Source: Escherichia phage humlepung
Sequence record: MN850564.1
DNA: 64,000 nt
Strand: one strand, 5' to 3'
Below are positions 17,988-27,466 of this stretch, piece by piece. Position numbers and translations under genes: made by a program. Every line of letters starts with the position of its first letter. Within the stretch, counting starts at the first letter, position 1. Under the pieces are notes generated by a model. The model was not told where the DNA came from and made no database searches. It saw nothing but the letters and a program-made list of their open reading frames with translations.

Positions 17988-18887
17988 TTACTTACCTACT
18001 GACAGAGGTGCTTCAATCTTCCCTGCATGTTGGTAGTTGTTAATGCCGCCAATAAAATCACTTGCAGTAAGATGTTTTAAGTCACTTAAAGTGTTAAGTG
18101 GTACACCAATCTCAAAAGTAGGTGCATGGAACTCTTCGTTGTTCATCAGTTCATAAACCTGCTTCATATGATTCTGATAAATCTGAGTATCCCCAAAGAC
18201 ACCTATCAAGTATCGTGGAGTGTACCCAGTCATCTTACAAAGAACTTCCAGAATAAAACCATAAGACGCAATATTAAACGGAAGTCCTAAAAAGGTGTCT
18301 ACAGAACGTTGATACCATTGTAAGTCAACTTCACCTTCGTTGGTGATATAAATCTGAAACAGAACATGACAAGGTGCTAAAGCCATTGAGTTTGCTGCAA
18401 TATCTGCTGCATTCCAAGCATTAACAAGCATGTAACGGTCTGTGATATCACCTTTCATCTTCGTTACTAAGGTTTCTAACTGGTCTACAACACAACCATT
18501 ATGACCTTCAAAGTTTCTCCACTGAACCCCGTAGATTCTACCACCTGCATCTTCTAACCAGTCTTGTTCAGAGGAATAATTAGAGCTTAACCAGCGTTTA
18601 AAATCATCTGACCAGATAGTCCAGCGTTCTCCATCATTTTCACCCCAAGTACGATAACGGAGTTCACCAAGTTTATTCTCACCATTCAGGAACCATAAAG
18701 CTTCCCCAATAACTTGCCGTGTAAACACCTGTTTAGATGTTAAGAGTGGAAAACCAGTACGCATGTCAAAACGAAACTGTGGTGGAGCAAATGCAGAGAT
18801 AACATCTCCAGTTCGTGTAGTACGCAGTTCGCCAACAGATAAAACATGGTTCAGGATATTTTTGTAACTCAAATCAGCTTGTGACAT
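17988..18887 (-). CDS. thyA: thymidylate synthase
   Basis: 299 aa; active-site LAPCH motif; ThyA-like N-terminus. Confidence 0.85.
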   Translation of the reverse strand: MSQADLSYKNILNHVLSVGELRTTRTGDVISAFAPPQFRFDMRTGFPLLTSKQVFTRQVIGEALWFLNGENKLGELRYRTWGENDGERWTIWSDDFKRWLSSNYSSEQDWLEDAGGRIYGVQWRNFEGHNGCVVDQLETLVTKMKGDITDRYMLVNAWNAADIAANSMALAPCHVLFQIYITNEGEVDLQWYQRSVDTFLGLPFNIASYGFILEVLCKMTGYTPRYLIGVFGDTQIYQNHMKQVYELMNNEEFHAPTFEIGVPLNTLSDLKHLTASDFIGGINNYQHAGKIEAPLSVGK

Positions 18888-18888
18888 A

Positions 18889-19434
18889 TCAAAAGTGTCC
18901 TTTTACTTGTGGAACATAAATTTCAAAGGTTGCTTTACCATCATCTGAGGGTCTTGACTGCACCTTTGCAAATACACGGTTATCATACAGCTTATCAAAG
19001 AAGTTTTCAAAAGGTAAATACACAGTGGCTTCTTCAGTAACTTTATGGAAAACTGTATGAAAAACTACACCAGCATACGGTAAAGCATTGACAAGAACAC
19101 CTGCACCACCAATTACAAAAACATCTTCATCAATAGAGCTATCAAGATACTTCAAAAATGCTCCAAAGGATTCTTTACTGGCCTTAGCATACATTACATC
19201 ATCTTTGTCAAAATCTATGCCTAAGTATGGTACAGGATTTGTTAAGATGAGGTTTGCACGTTCTGGTAAAGGCTTACTCCCCAGAGTCTTAAAAGTCTCA
19301 TTACCCATGACTACTAAGTTGTTTTTAGTGAGTCTCTTAAACTCTTGCATATCTTGCTTATGTCGAGGCCACGGCATACCAGTTGGAGTACCAAATTCAC
19401 CGTTTTCACCACTTGCAAATATTAGCTTAATCAT
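18889..19434 (-). CDS. frd: dihydrofolate reductase
   Basis: 181 aa; GMPWP motif, VVMGNETFKTLG, VIGGAGV; adjacent to thyA. Confidence 0.8.
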   Translation of the reverse strand: MIKLIFASGENGEFGTPTGMPWPRHKQDMQEFKRLTKNNLVVMGNETFKTLGSKPLPERANLILTNPVPYLGIDFDKDDVMYAKASKESFGAFLKYLDSSIDEDVFVIGGAGVLVNALPYAGVVFHTVFHKVTEEATVYLPFENFFDKLYDNRVFAKVQSRPSDDGKATFEIYVPQVKGHF

Positions 19435-19691
19435 TTTGTAAACCCTTTCTTAATGAACCAGTTGATGACACTCTTCACAACTTTACTACGATGGTAGATA
19501 AAATGTGGAGAGGGTTGGTATGAACCATAAGCCCAGAAAGCGATAATTTCATTACACCCTGTGCATCGGGTACTTTCTTCAGCAATATGACCGTTGACTA
19601 TTTCACTTACCTCACCTTGTAAGTCTGTACACCCACAATGTGGACAACGGATAGGTGTTCCATCAGACTCATAGCAGTGTTCAATTTTCAT
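19431..19691 (-). CDS. small zinc-ribbon protein
   Basis: 86 aa; CPHCGC...CTGC; ATGA overlap with DHFR gene. Confidence 0.5.
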   Translation of the reverse strand: MKIEHCYESDGTPIRCPHCGCTDLQGEVSEIVNGHIAEESTRCTGCNEIIAFWAYGSYQPSPHFIYHRSKVVKSVINWFIKKGFTK

Positions 19692-20207
19692 CTATTTAAC
19701 CTCAAAAACTGGTTCAAGAACCAATATAAAGTCTACACAGTCATCTTCTTCATCCAGAATACCATCAAAGTTCTTAGGAACGAAGTCGAAGAGGCTCATA
19801 ACAAAACAGTCAGAAGTGACCTTGATAGTTCCTCCCATGTTCTCTACAGTTAACACTGTACGACTTTCTTTTACCTCCCTTAGAAGATTACCCACAAAGT
19901 CATCTAAGAAGTACTTCATCAATGACTTAAAACCTTTAGGATAATCTGTACCAGAGTATGTTTCAATCTGTGGTACAAGCTTAACATTTATACTAGTCTT
20001 TGTTAAGAACGTTTTAGAGAACATGCTATCAGGTAGCTTACAAACAGTCTTTCCAGTACCTTCATGTTCAATCTCAACAAAACCAGCTTCATCGCCACAT
20101 GTAACTATTTTAAAAGATGCTTCATTCTCATAATGTGAAGCCATAAACTTTTTAAGCATCTCTTTAAGGAAATCTGCATGAGCATCTTGTAAGAAGATAT
20201 CAATCAT
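19692..20207 (-). CDS. hypothetical protein
   Basis: 171 aa; RBS AGGTGA; coupled to downstream gene. Confidence 0.5.
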   Translation of the reverse strand: MIDIFLQDAHADFLKEMLKKFMASHYENEASFKIVTCGDEAGFVEIEHEGTGKTVCKLPDSMFSKTFLTKTSINVKLVPQIETYSGTDYPKGFKSLMKYFLDDFVGNLLREVKESRTVLTVENMGGTIKVTSDCFVMSLFDFVPKNFDGILDEEDDCVDFILVLEPVFEVK

Positions 20208-20220
20208 AGTTAATCACCTA

Positions 20221-20580
20221 TTATGGGAACAAGCACTTAATGTCGTCGTTTTTGAAAACAAAACTCGTGTAGTTATGACCATCAACATCCAGCCAAACAG
20301 CCTGAACATCCACACCATCAAGATTCTGGTAAAGCTCTTTGATGAAGTGGTCTTTCACAATCTGACTGCTAGTTGTCTCCAGCTTAATGTTTGAGATTGC
20401 TGAACCTACAGCCATATAACCCATGACACGTTTCTTCTCAGTATGCTTAATCTTACCATCTTTGTAAGCCATAATGAGATTGGAAAGAATCTTCACACCG
20501 TAGTACTTTTCAAGGTGAGTAGGTGCACCATAAAAGCCTAATGCGAAGTTTTCAGAGTGGATGATGTTTTCACGTTTCAT
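20221..20580 (-). CDS. hypothetical protein
   Basis: 119 aa; ATG 20580. Confidence 0.5.
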   Translation of the reverse strand: MKRENIIHSENFALGFYGAPTHLEKYYGVKILSNLIMAYKDGKIKHTEKKRVMGYMAVGSAISNIKLETTSSQIVKDHFIKELYQNLDGVDVQAVWLDVDGHNYTSFVFKNDDIKCLFP

Positions 20581-20581
20581 A

Positions 20582-20881
20582 TTAATCTGCCAACCTTAAA
20601 TTGAAATTAACACCAAATTTTTCACACACTTCCAACATATACTCAAGAGAGACATTGCCAGTGAGATGGATTATGTTGGATACGCGAGCCTGAGAGATAC
20701 CACAAATTTTAGCAACTTGCTCTTGAGAAAGACCTCTGGATTTAATCTCTCTCTTAAAACGATGTGCAACGAAGTCTCTCATTTCGTCTACACCCATTGG
20801 ACAAATATAACTCTCCATTTCAGCCTCTCTATCAGCCTCCCAATCATCTTGTGGAGCATAAGGGTCAAAAGCTTCATTCAT
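20582..20881 (-). CDS. helix-turn-helix (XRE-like) DNA-binding protein
   Basis: LSQEQVAKICGISQARVSNI HTH; start moved from track TTG (20911) to ATG 20881 with RBS. Confidence 0.5.
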   Translation of the reverse strand: MNEAFDPYAPQDDWEADREAEMESYICPMGVDEMRDFVAHRFKREIKSRGLSQEQVAKICGISQARVSNIIHLTGNVSLEYMLEVCEKFGVNFNLRLAD

Positions 20882-21086
20882 CTTTCTTCTTCCGTTTGCG
20901 TGAAGTGTCAATCAATGAATCTATGTTTGTAGCCCTAACCTTTTCACGTTCATCGTTAAGATAATCATCAAGAGCCTTTTCAATCTGTGAATCATCTTGG
21001 CAGATAACTGTAAAGACTGTAAAGCCATCTGTATCATCAATTATCTTACCATAACCGCTTCTGGGATGTAACTTTTTAAGAGCCAT
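20874..21086 (-). CDS. hypothetical protein
   Basis: 70 aa; ATG 21086; basic C-terminus. Confidence 0.45.
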   Translation of the reverse strand: MALKKLHPRSGYGKIIDDTDGFTVFTVICQDDSQIEKALDDYLNDEREKVRATNIDSLIDTSRKRKKKDE

Positions 21087-21087
21087 A

Positions 21088-21471
21088 TCAAATACCTGTG
21101 CAGCTTCTGTTTTCTAAGAAATACTCAACACCATACATAGCTTTTTGCATCAAATCTTCTTTAAACTGGATACGGTGGTTGAGCATAGCTTGTACATCAA
21201 TATCGTCATGGTGTTTCTCTTTAATATTTGCAGATTGCAGGAAATACTCTGCAAGAACACGATACTGGTAGTCAGTTACCTTATCAGTCATCTCTGTCAA
21301 AGACTCTTCAGAGATTGGTTTAAGTAGCTCACCATTAGCCAGAGCAACACCTTTTACAATCTGGCAAGTATCTTCTGGAACACCTGACAAGTCCACATTT
21401 GGAAGTTCTGTTGCATTGACTGGTAAATTCATTGTCATAACCATTGCAGCAGCTAATAAAATCTTTTTCAT
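21088..21471 (-). CDS. secreted protein with N-terminal signal peptide
   Basis: 127 aa; MKKILLAAAMVMTMNLPVNA signal-like N-terminus; RBS GAGGTC. Confidence 0.5.
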   Translation of the reverse strand: MKKILLAAAMVMTMNLPVNATELPNVDLSGVPEDTCQIVKGVALANGELLKPISEESLTEMTDKVTDYQYRVLAEYFLQSANIKEKHHDDIDVQAMLNHRIQFKEDLMQKAMYGVEYFLENRSCTGI

Positions 21472-21589
21472 AATGACCTCAAAGTTATATTAAATTTTGT
21501 ATTACGTTGAGTATAAAAATAAGCTATAACACCTGACTTGTCAACAGATTTTATAGCTTATTTGGCAGATTTTTTATAAGGCTACTGCC

Positions 21590-21830
21590 ATCCTTCCATA
21601 CTATACCCTACCAAACCGTACCTAACCTCACCCTACCGAACCGAACCGTACCTCATTAAAAGACCCTCTTTAAAGACCTTTTAAAAAGGTAAGTCTCATT
21701 TTAATGTAGCTGAGACTAACTACCCATACCAAACAGCACCGCACTATGCCTTACCCCACCTCACCGAGCCTCGCCCCACATCACTTAAAAACCCTTTTCA
21801 AAGACTCTTAAGTGATGTTGGTGAGTACCC
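21590..21830. repeat. G-poor degenerate tandem repeat (2 units of ~105 bp) in a 560-bp non-coding gap
   Basis: Two units of ACC/CCT-rich sequence each followed by TTAAAA(G/A)ACCCT...AAAGAC; hairpin GTCTCA...TGAGAC between them. Confidence 0.5.
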
Positions 21831-22032
21831 GTTGGTTTATGCTGCTCAGTATACTCACCAAATTTTCTATGTCAACAACTTTTTATAAAAAAGTTCTGAT
21901 AGCTATATGTGTCACGAAACAAAAGATTGTAAACAAGACACCCATTGCAAAAGATGTGTCCAAAAGCTTACTTGCAACGTATGACAATACAAAGACAACC
22001 AGTATAAACAGAATGACTGTACTGAACATAGT

Positions 22033-23133
22033 TTACTCATAATCCCTAATAACTAGCCCGACAGGGAACTGTAAAGAACCCTTACGAGTCATCTTCTGGA
22101 ACTGTACCGTTAAAGGCTTCCCGATAAACTCTTCAGGATGCTCAGCAAGATACTGTTTCTTCTCATGAGTAGTCTTCCATGATACATCTACAAAGACGTT
22201 AGGAAGAGTCTCTACAACGAACTTACCATGACCACGTTTATCAGTCTTTACACCAGTCACTTTAAACTCTTCAGTGTGCATCTTCTTGTGCTTAATCAAG
22301 AAGTATGAACGGTGACCACACTCATAGAAAGATTCTTCAGAGATTGAACGGTACATTGCACCTTCAAACTTAGCTTCAACCCACTTATCATGAGCTTCAT
22401 CAAATTCTTCCCAAGAATTTACACGACGAGACTTAACAGGAACAACTTTACAGCCATCTCTAAAGTCATTCAATGGTGAAGTCTCAATAATATCTCTACG
22501 CTCAGGCCACGTCTTAGTGCTGTCACAGATATCGTACCAGTAGAACTGGAGTAGATGTCGGTCTGGATTGTCAGCATTTTTAATCATAGACACAATATCT
22601 TCTAAGTCCCAACCATGAGCATAAATCTCACCATCAAAGTCTTCGACTTGTGGATGCAATTTAAGCAACAAAAGCAAATCTGGGATTAGTTCTGCTGGGA
22701 CGTTGTAAATAGTATTCTCACGAGAATAAGCCGTGAAGCTAACTAAATCAGCATCTCTTGAGATTCTACAACGTACACCATCAAGTTTTGGTTGAGCATC
22801 AGCAGGGAACTTCAGATACTTTGCATGACTAACCTTTGCAGCATCATGAGCAAGCTGTACACCTACCTTCTCAGTATTCTGTGCAGACTCTTTTGTGTAA
22901 GCATAACCTTTACGGTCAACTTGCTTTTTATACTTAGCAGCAACTTCAAAGAGAGCTTGCTGTTCAGCGTTACGCTCATTCTTTTTACCGATGTTCTTAG
23001 GCTCTGCTGTATACTCTTCAAACATCATCTTGCCATTCTCTTTACCATAGGTTGTAATAACTTTGTCACCTACAGCAACACATGACCAGACGTTGAAGGA
23101 ACCATCTTTATTTTGTTTGTACAGAATTGTCAT
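22033..23133 (-). CDS. ATP-dependent DNA ligase
   Basis: KLDGVRC motif I (KxDG); start set to ATG 23133 with GAGG RBS rather than track start 23169. Confidence 0.75.
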   Translation of the reverse strand: MTILYKQNKDGSFNVWSCVAVGDKVITTYGKENGKMMFEEYTAEPKNIGKKNERNAEQQALFEVAAKYKKQVDRKGYAYTKESAQNTEKVGVQLAHDAAKVSHAKYLKFPADAQPKLDGVRCRISRDADLVSFTAYSRENTIYNVPAELIPDLLLLLKLHPQVEDFDGEIYAHGWDLEDIVSMIKNADNPDRHLLQFYWYDICDSTKTWPERRDIIETSPLNDFRDGCKVVPVKSRRVNSWEEFDEAHDKWVEAKFEGAMYRSISEESFYECGHRSYFLIKHKKMHTEEFKVTGVKTDKRGHGKFVVETLPNVFVDVSWKTTHEKKQYLAEHPEEFIGKPLTVQFQKMTRKGSLQFPVGLVIRDYE

Positions 23134-23326
23134 TTTTAACCTCTGAGTGATACCAAGTATTGCAAGCATTACATGCGTAAAGCTCTAAGTCATTTTTATC
23201 TGGTTTGTGGAAACAGTTTGACCCACAACGACACCGGAATAGCTTACCATCAACACGAAGAATGAATGTTTCAAGCTCACCATCTTCTGTAAGAACTGCG
23301 TTCTTAAATTTATCTTCTACAGTCAT
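23108..23326 (-). CDS. small Cys-rich hypothetical protein
   Basis: 72 aa; CRCGSNCFH...CNACN zinc-ribbon-like. Confidence 0.45.
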   Translation of the reverse strand: MTVEDKFKNAVLTEDGELETFILRVDGKLFRCRCGSNCFHKPDKNDLELYACNACNTWYHSEVKNDNSVQTK

Positions 23327-23529
23327 TTTCTCTTACCACCAATCTCTACGTCGATAACTTGAACATCGCCAGCAACATCAAACTTATGAATGATGCTTTC
23401 CACAGTGTAAGTCCAACCCTCAATGCGAACCAACTCACCTTCTCGTGGGACGATTGGATTACGTTGAGCTACGGTTGTAGTGGAGTGAACAACATCATAA
23501 CAATAGATGTAGTTTACTAAGACTTCCAT
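23323..23529 (-). CDS. small hypothetical protein
   Basis: 68 aa from ATG 23529 with GAGGT RBS (the longer track ORF overlaps the lipoprotein gene). Confidence 0.4.
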   Translation of the reverse strand: MEVLVNYIYCYDVVHSTTTVAQRNPIVPREGELVRIEGWTYTVESIIHKFDVAGDVQVIDVEIGGKRK

Positions 23530-23539
23530 CGTGAAAACC

Positions 23540-23809
23540 TCACTCAATAACCGTAGTGTGTGATTGACCATTTTTGCCATAGCTATAAGATGTTGTTGTT
23601 TGGGAGTTTGGACATCTGACAACAACAATATCTCTGCTTATAGCATCACCATGTAACTTGTATACTTTGCAATCTTGCATCTCTGGTGGGAGACTGTAAG
23701 AAGCATTTTTATCTTCATAAGAAGGGTTGCAGCCAGATAGAAAAACAACACCAAGCGCAATTACTGCTTTCCACATAATACTTCCCCAGAGACTGTACAT
23801 TTTCTTCAT
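23540..23809 (-). CDS. lipoprotein (lipobox LSGC)
   Basis: 89 aa; N-terminus MKKMYSLWGSIMWKAVIALGVVFLSGC with lipobox Cys; RBS GGAG. Confidence 0.5.
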   Translation of the reverse strand: MKKMYSLWGSIMWKAVIALGVVFLSGCNPSYEDKNASYSLPPEMQDCKVYKLHGDAISRDIVVVRCPNSQTTTSYSYGKNGQSHTTVIE

Positions 23810-24024
23810 AGCAACTCCAGAATATCAATACGTTCGCCCTTAAGGACTCCAGTACGGTCTCTTGCAATCTTGCCGTCAACAATAAGGATATGTGCAGCCC
23901 TTAAAGAGTCACTATTAAAAGCTTTTACGAACTTACTAGGCATCACTACAATGGGCATCTCCTGAATCAACTCTGGAGTATAGCAATTGTCGTGAAGTTG
24001 CTGAATAACGTCTGCAAGTGTCAT
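23806..24024 (-). CDS. small hypothetical protein
   Basis: 72 aa from ATG 24024 (track start is TTG at 24039); RBS GGAGA. Confidence 0.45.
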   Translation of the reverse strand: MTLADVIQQLHDNCYTPELIQEMPIVVMPSKFVKAFNSDSLRAAHILIVDGKIARDRTGVLKGERIDILELL

Positions 24025-24230
24025 TTTTGATGTCTCCAATACTCAATGTCAATAAGTTCTTGTGCAATGCTTTTAAGGTTACCTTTCAAGAAAACCTTCT
24101 CAGAACCTGAAAGAGATGAATTGTCAATTAACCTGTTCATTCTCTCAAACAACTTCTGCTTACGATTTTTGATAGTCTCCTTTGAAGCACCTTTCATCAT
24201 TGCTGCATGGGTTCTTCCACGATGGCTCAT
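24021..24230 (-). CDS. small basic hypothetical protein
   Basis: 69 aa; strong RBS AGGAGGG. Confidence 0.5.
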   Translation of the reverse strand: MSHRGRTHAAMMKGASKETIKNRKQKLFERMNRLIDNSSLSGSEKVFLKGNLKSIAQELIDIEYWRHQK

Positions 24231-24281
24231 AATCCCTCCTATACAAGATGTAGTATAAGGTACTCTTCCCTGAGCACCTTG

Positions 24282-24785
24282 TCAACTTAGTTTTGCAAAC
24301 TCTCCGTGGAGTTTAATAGCAGCTTCACAGTAAGCTTTATGGGCTTCTTCTGGTGTGTCAAATAAACCAAGTGATGTCCTTTTACCTCTGCATGTTATAG
24401 CTGCCCTCCACTTATTGCAGTCTTTAAAGTAATGTACACCCTTGTAACCTGATTTGTTAGTCGTCTGCTTTACCCTATTTTGAGCATTTCCGTATTTATC
24501 AGTCTCCCTAAGATTAGAAATGTGATTATTACTTCTGTTACCATCAATGTGGTCTATCATCTTAGTGGGTTTGTAACCATGTTCGAACCACCAAACGAGG
24601 TGATGAATTTTTATTACGACATCTTTGAATTTAAGTACTTTGTAACCGTAAGCATCAGCACCTCCTGCAATCTGCCCAGCTTTAGCTTGTCTATTCCTGT
24701 CATACTTGTTGTAGAAGACCCCTTTGTCGGGGTCGTAAATAAAATTATCCTTGTAGTCTTGAAGTGTTAGTGTACGGCGTACCAT
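24282..24785 (-). CDS. HNH homing endonuclease with AP2-like DNA-binding domain
   Basis: IDHIDGNRSNNHISNLRE (HNH) plus YKGVHYFKDCNKWRAAI...LGLFDTPEEAHKAY (AP2-like); start overlaps the 3-prime end of the polymerase gene. Confidence 0.6.
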   Translation of the reverse strand: MVRRTLTLQDYKDNFIYDPDKGVFYNKYDRNRQAKAGQIAGGADAYGYKVLKFKDVVIKIHHLVWWFEHGYKPTKMIDHIDGNRSNNHISNLRETDKYGNAQNRVKQTTNKSGYKGVHYFKDCNKWRAAITCRGKRTSLGLFDTPEEAHKAYCEAAIKLHGEFAKLS

Positions 24786-27466
24786 GTCTTACCTACCTTA
24801 CCAGTGCCTGTAACAAGCGTCTTACTCTTTAATCCAAGATTTTTTGATGCTTGACCATACATTCTATCAATAATCTCCTTAACATCAGGTACATCTTTGG
24901 TTGGAACCTCTAAAGAGACCTCATCGTGGTAACTACAGACCCACCTAGCACCAATAGCTGGCTTCCTACCATTTAGAACTGTAAGCTTGCGCTCTGTTAA
25001 CTCCCTGTTAGCCAAGTTAATACCCTCATTCTGCACCTGCGCCTCACTGCCCATAAGTGTGTAATTCAATAACTTATGTGGAGATTTACACCATAACCAC
25101 GCCCCAGCAACCTTGATATAGCCACCTTTTGCAATTGCAGAAGTCTTTCCGAAAACCTCTTCAAGTGCTTTCTTAGTTGCTTTGAAGTCTTCCTCTAGTC
25201 TATCAAGCAGCTTTTTAATCTTAGGTAGACGCACAAAGTAAGTTTGTTTAGTCAATGCACCCTCTTCCGTAGATGATGCCTTGATAGTTTTTGCAAACTT
25301 CTCGTCTCCGGCTCCAAATAACAGGGCGTAGATGCCATTTTTGCTCTTCTTACGACCTTTTGTAATCTCGTGGAGAAGTTCCTCATCCTGTGTCTCCCTG
25401 CAACGAACAATATCCTCTTCTTTGTTAAGACCAAAGTAAATACTGTTCAGTGTATGCGCATCAGTCCCTGTGTAGACTTCATAGAGGTCATTTTCAGCAT
25501 CATAACGCAGATACTTGTCAGTTTCTGGGTTAAGATACTTGTCAAGATGTTTACAGTAGTATCTACCATCATCTTGCTTAGTGAACTCTACTGACTCTTT
25601 ACCCTCAGTTACCGCTTTAGTGAAGTCTTCATCACCCATAAAGTTACAAAGAAGAACTAGCTGGGCTGAGTTTTGGTCTACGGAGATGATATCTGTACCA
25701 TCTTCACAAGTCCACACCTCCCTCATAGGTGCTCCATAGACAGCAGCACCAGACGGTACGTTTACAATACCATATTGTGTCATACGTCCAGTTGAAGTGC
25801 CAAACACCATTGCACCAGCACTAAGGCGACCATCAGGACGAATCTGGTTCAACCAACCTTTTTCATCATCCTTTGAGTTCTCAATAGTTCTGCGTCGGTG
25901 CATCAAAGTATAGTACTTAGCAATCTTCTGTCCAAGCTCACCTTCAATCGTATCATAAGATGATTCAGTAAGTTTTGGTGAAGTACGGATTAAGCAAGGT
26001 TCAAGCAAATCTGTGTATTTCTTCACAGACCAGTTATGCTCGATGTACTGTACACCTTCATGTTCAACATAACTCAAACCACACCGCTCAACCATTTCCT
26101 GCCACTTAGGATGCTTTGTAATCATCTTTTTATTGTCTTTGAAACGACAAACTTTGATAGGGCGACCATCTGAGTCTTTCTTGTAATTCCAGTCATCTGG
26201 AATCCAACCAACTGATTTCAAGTAGTCTTTAACAACTGCTACCTGAGTCATACGAGAAACTTCAAACTCAATTGGTGTATATGGTGCATCAATCAAACCT
26301 GTGTAGCGACTTGACTCAAGTTCAAAGTGATTGACAACGTGACTGTTATAGTACTTCACAGTCTTGACTGTTTTTACTGGTTTCCAGTCTTTGCATTTTT
26401 TGCCAATCTTTGCATTCAACTCGTTGCAGATTGCACGAGCATCCTTCATCGCTACAAAACCCTCTTTGTACTCTTCACCAGTTACAGAGTTGGTTGGTGT
26501 ATAGCAATTTCTCTTTTCAATGTTAAAAATCTTTGTAGTTGGCTTACCAAATGGTTTGATTTCATAAGTCTGCATCTCACCATTACGTACCTGCTGACGA
26601 TACTTTGTCTTAGGGTACTTGGTAATTCTCTTCAGTCCATCTGCATGACCAAATGTTTCAACATACTCATTCCAAGCTTTTGCAAACTCTTCTCCAGTGA
26701 CTTTACCTTTGGTCTTAATAGTTGGAGGAAGATGTGGTTCAACCTCTGAAGCAAGTTCATTAGTCAATTTGTCAAGCTCCTTTACATGGAACTCCATAAG
26801 CTCCTTATCAGCTTTCCAACCATTGATAGCTTGCTGGCTCATCCAGAAAGATGTCTCTTTAGCTCGCATGTAAGTCTCATAAGTGTCTATACCACACTTC
26901 TTAAGCTTGAGATACTCGTTATCAAGTGCCCGTTTAGTTTTGGCATTAATACGGATATCTTCTACAACACGAGTGAAGATTTCTGCATTCCACACACCCC
27001 AATGTTCAATCTCTGGTTTACGGACACCAACACGAGCACCCCATGCAGCCAAACCATGAGCACCTTTATAACCCTTTGGGGTTGGCCTATCCATCCACTG
27101 AACACGAGACTGGATAAGAGAGTCCTGAAAGAAATTACTCCACGGTTTACACTTTGGATTATCAAAGTTCCATAAATCAGGTGCAATGTGATTGAAAACC
27201 CACCAGTCATAACCGAGACCATTATGGATGCAAAGACGTTTTGCCTTTAACGCAAATTCAACACCTTCACGTAAACCACCTTTGATGTACTTAGTGTACT
27301 TGTGACCGAGGATAGGCTCATCTGTAAAGACCCATACAGGTGGCTCTTCATCGTCAGATTTATAGTCTGCAAAGGCCATTACGTGAACTTTAGTGAACTC
27401 AAGGAGTAAACCATCAGTTTCTGTATCACCAACCAAATGTAAGTTTTTAAAATCTACGTTTTCCAT
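24767..27466 (-). CDS. DNA polymerase, family A (3-prime-5-prime exonuclease plus polymerase)
   Basis: 899 aa from ATG 27466 (RBS AGGGAG); DTETDGL exo motif, K...YG motif B (KNGIYALLFGAG), HDE motif C. Confidence 0.85.
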   Translation of the reverse strand: MENVDFKNLHLVGDTETDGLLLEFTKVHVMAFADYKSDDEEPPVWVFTDEPILGHKYTKYIKGGLREGVEFALKAKRLCIHNGLGYDWWVFNHIAPDLWNFDNPKCKPWSNFFQDSLIQSRVQWMDRPTPKGYKGAHGLAAWGARVGVRKPEIEHWGVWNAEIFTRVVEDIRINAKTKRALDNEYLKLKKCGIDTYETYMRAKETSFWMSQQAINGWKADKELMEFHVKELDKLTNELASEVEPHLPPTIKTKGKVTGEEFAKAWNEYVETFGHADGLKRITKYPKTKYRQQVRNGEMQTYEIKPFGKPTTKIFNIEKRNCYTPTNSVTGEEYKEGFVAMKDARAICNELNAKIGKKCKDWKPVKTVKTVKYYNSHVVNHFELESSRYTGLIDAPYTPIEFEVSRMTQVAVVKDYLKSVGWIPDDWNYKKDSDGRPIKVCRFKDNKKMITKHPKWQEMVERCGLSYVEHEGVQYIEHNWSVKKYTDLLEPCLIRTSPKLTESSYDTIEGELGQKIAKYYTLMHRRRTIENSKDDEKGWLNQIRPDGRLSAGAMVFGTSTGRMTQYGIVNVPSGAAVYGAPMREVWTCEDGTDIISVDQNSAQLVLLCNFMGDEDFTKAVTEGKESVEFTKQDDGRYYCKHLDKYLNPETDKYLRYDAENDLYEVYTGTDAHTLNSIYFGLNKEEDIVRCRETQDEELLHEITKGRKKSKNGIYALLFGAGDEKFAKTIKASSTEEGALTKQTYFVRLPKIKKLLDRLEEDFKATKKALEEVFGKTSAIAKGGYIKVAGAWLWCKSPHKLLNYTLMGSEAQVQNEGINLANRELTERKLTVLNGRKPAIGARWVCSYHDEVSLEVPTKDVPDVKEIIDRMYGQASKNLGLKSKTLVTGTGKVGKTWYAVH

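Noticed and set aside
20582-20911. Track start (TTG at 20911) for the HTH protein, and similar TTG/GTG track starts at 23806..24039, 29750, 34869, 35835, 44902, 46338, 58308, 60360
   Set aside because: In each case an in-frame ATG a few codons downstream has a better-spaced Shine-Dalgarno and avoids overlap with the neighbouring gene, so those ATGs were used.
21472-22032. tRNA genes, searched here and at 63576-64000 because related phages carry tRNA clusters
   Set aside because: No cloverleaf-compatible sequence was seen: no GTTCRANYC T-loop with a matching acceptor stem. The only GTTCGA occurrences are loop bases of the type 2 cassette hairpins.
21812-22042. Plus-strand ORF of 76 aa in the ligase-proximal non-coding gap
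   Set aside because: It lies on the opposite strand within a minus-strand operon, has no RBS, overlaps the ligase 3-prime end and has a hydrophobic low-complexity translation. Probably chance.
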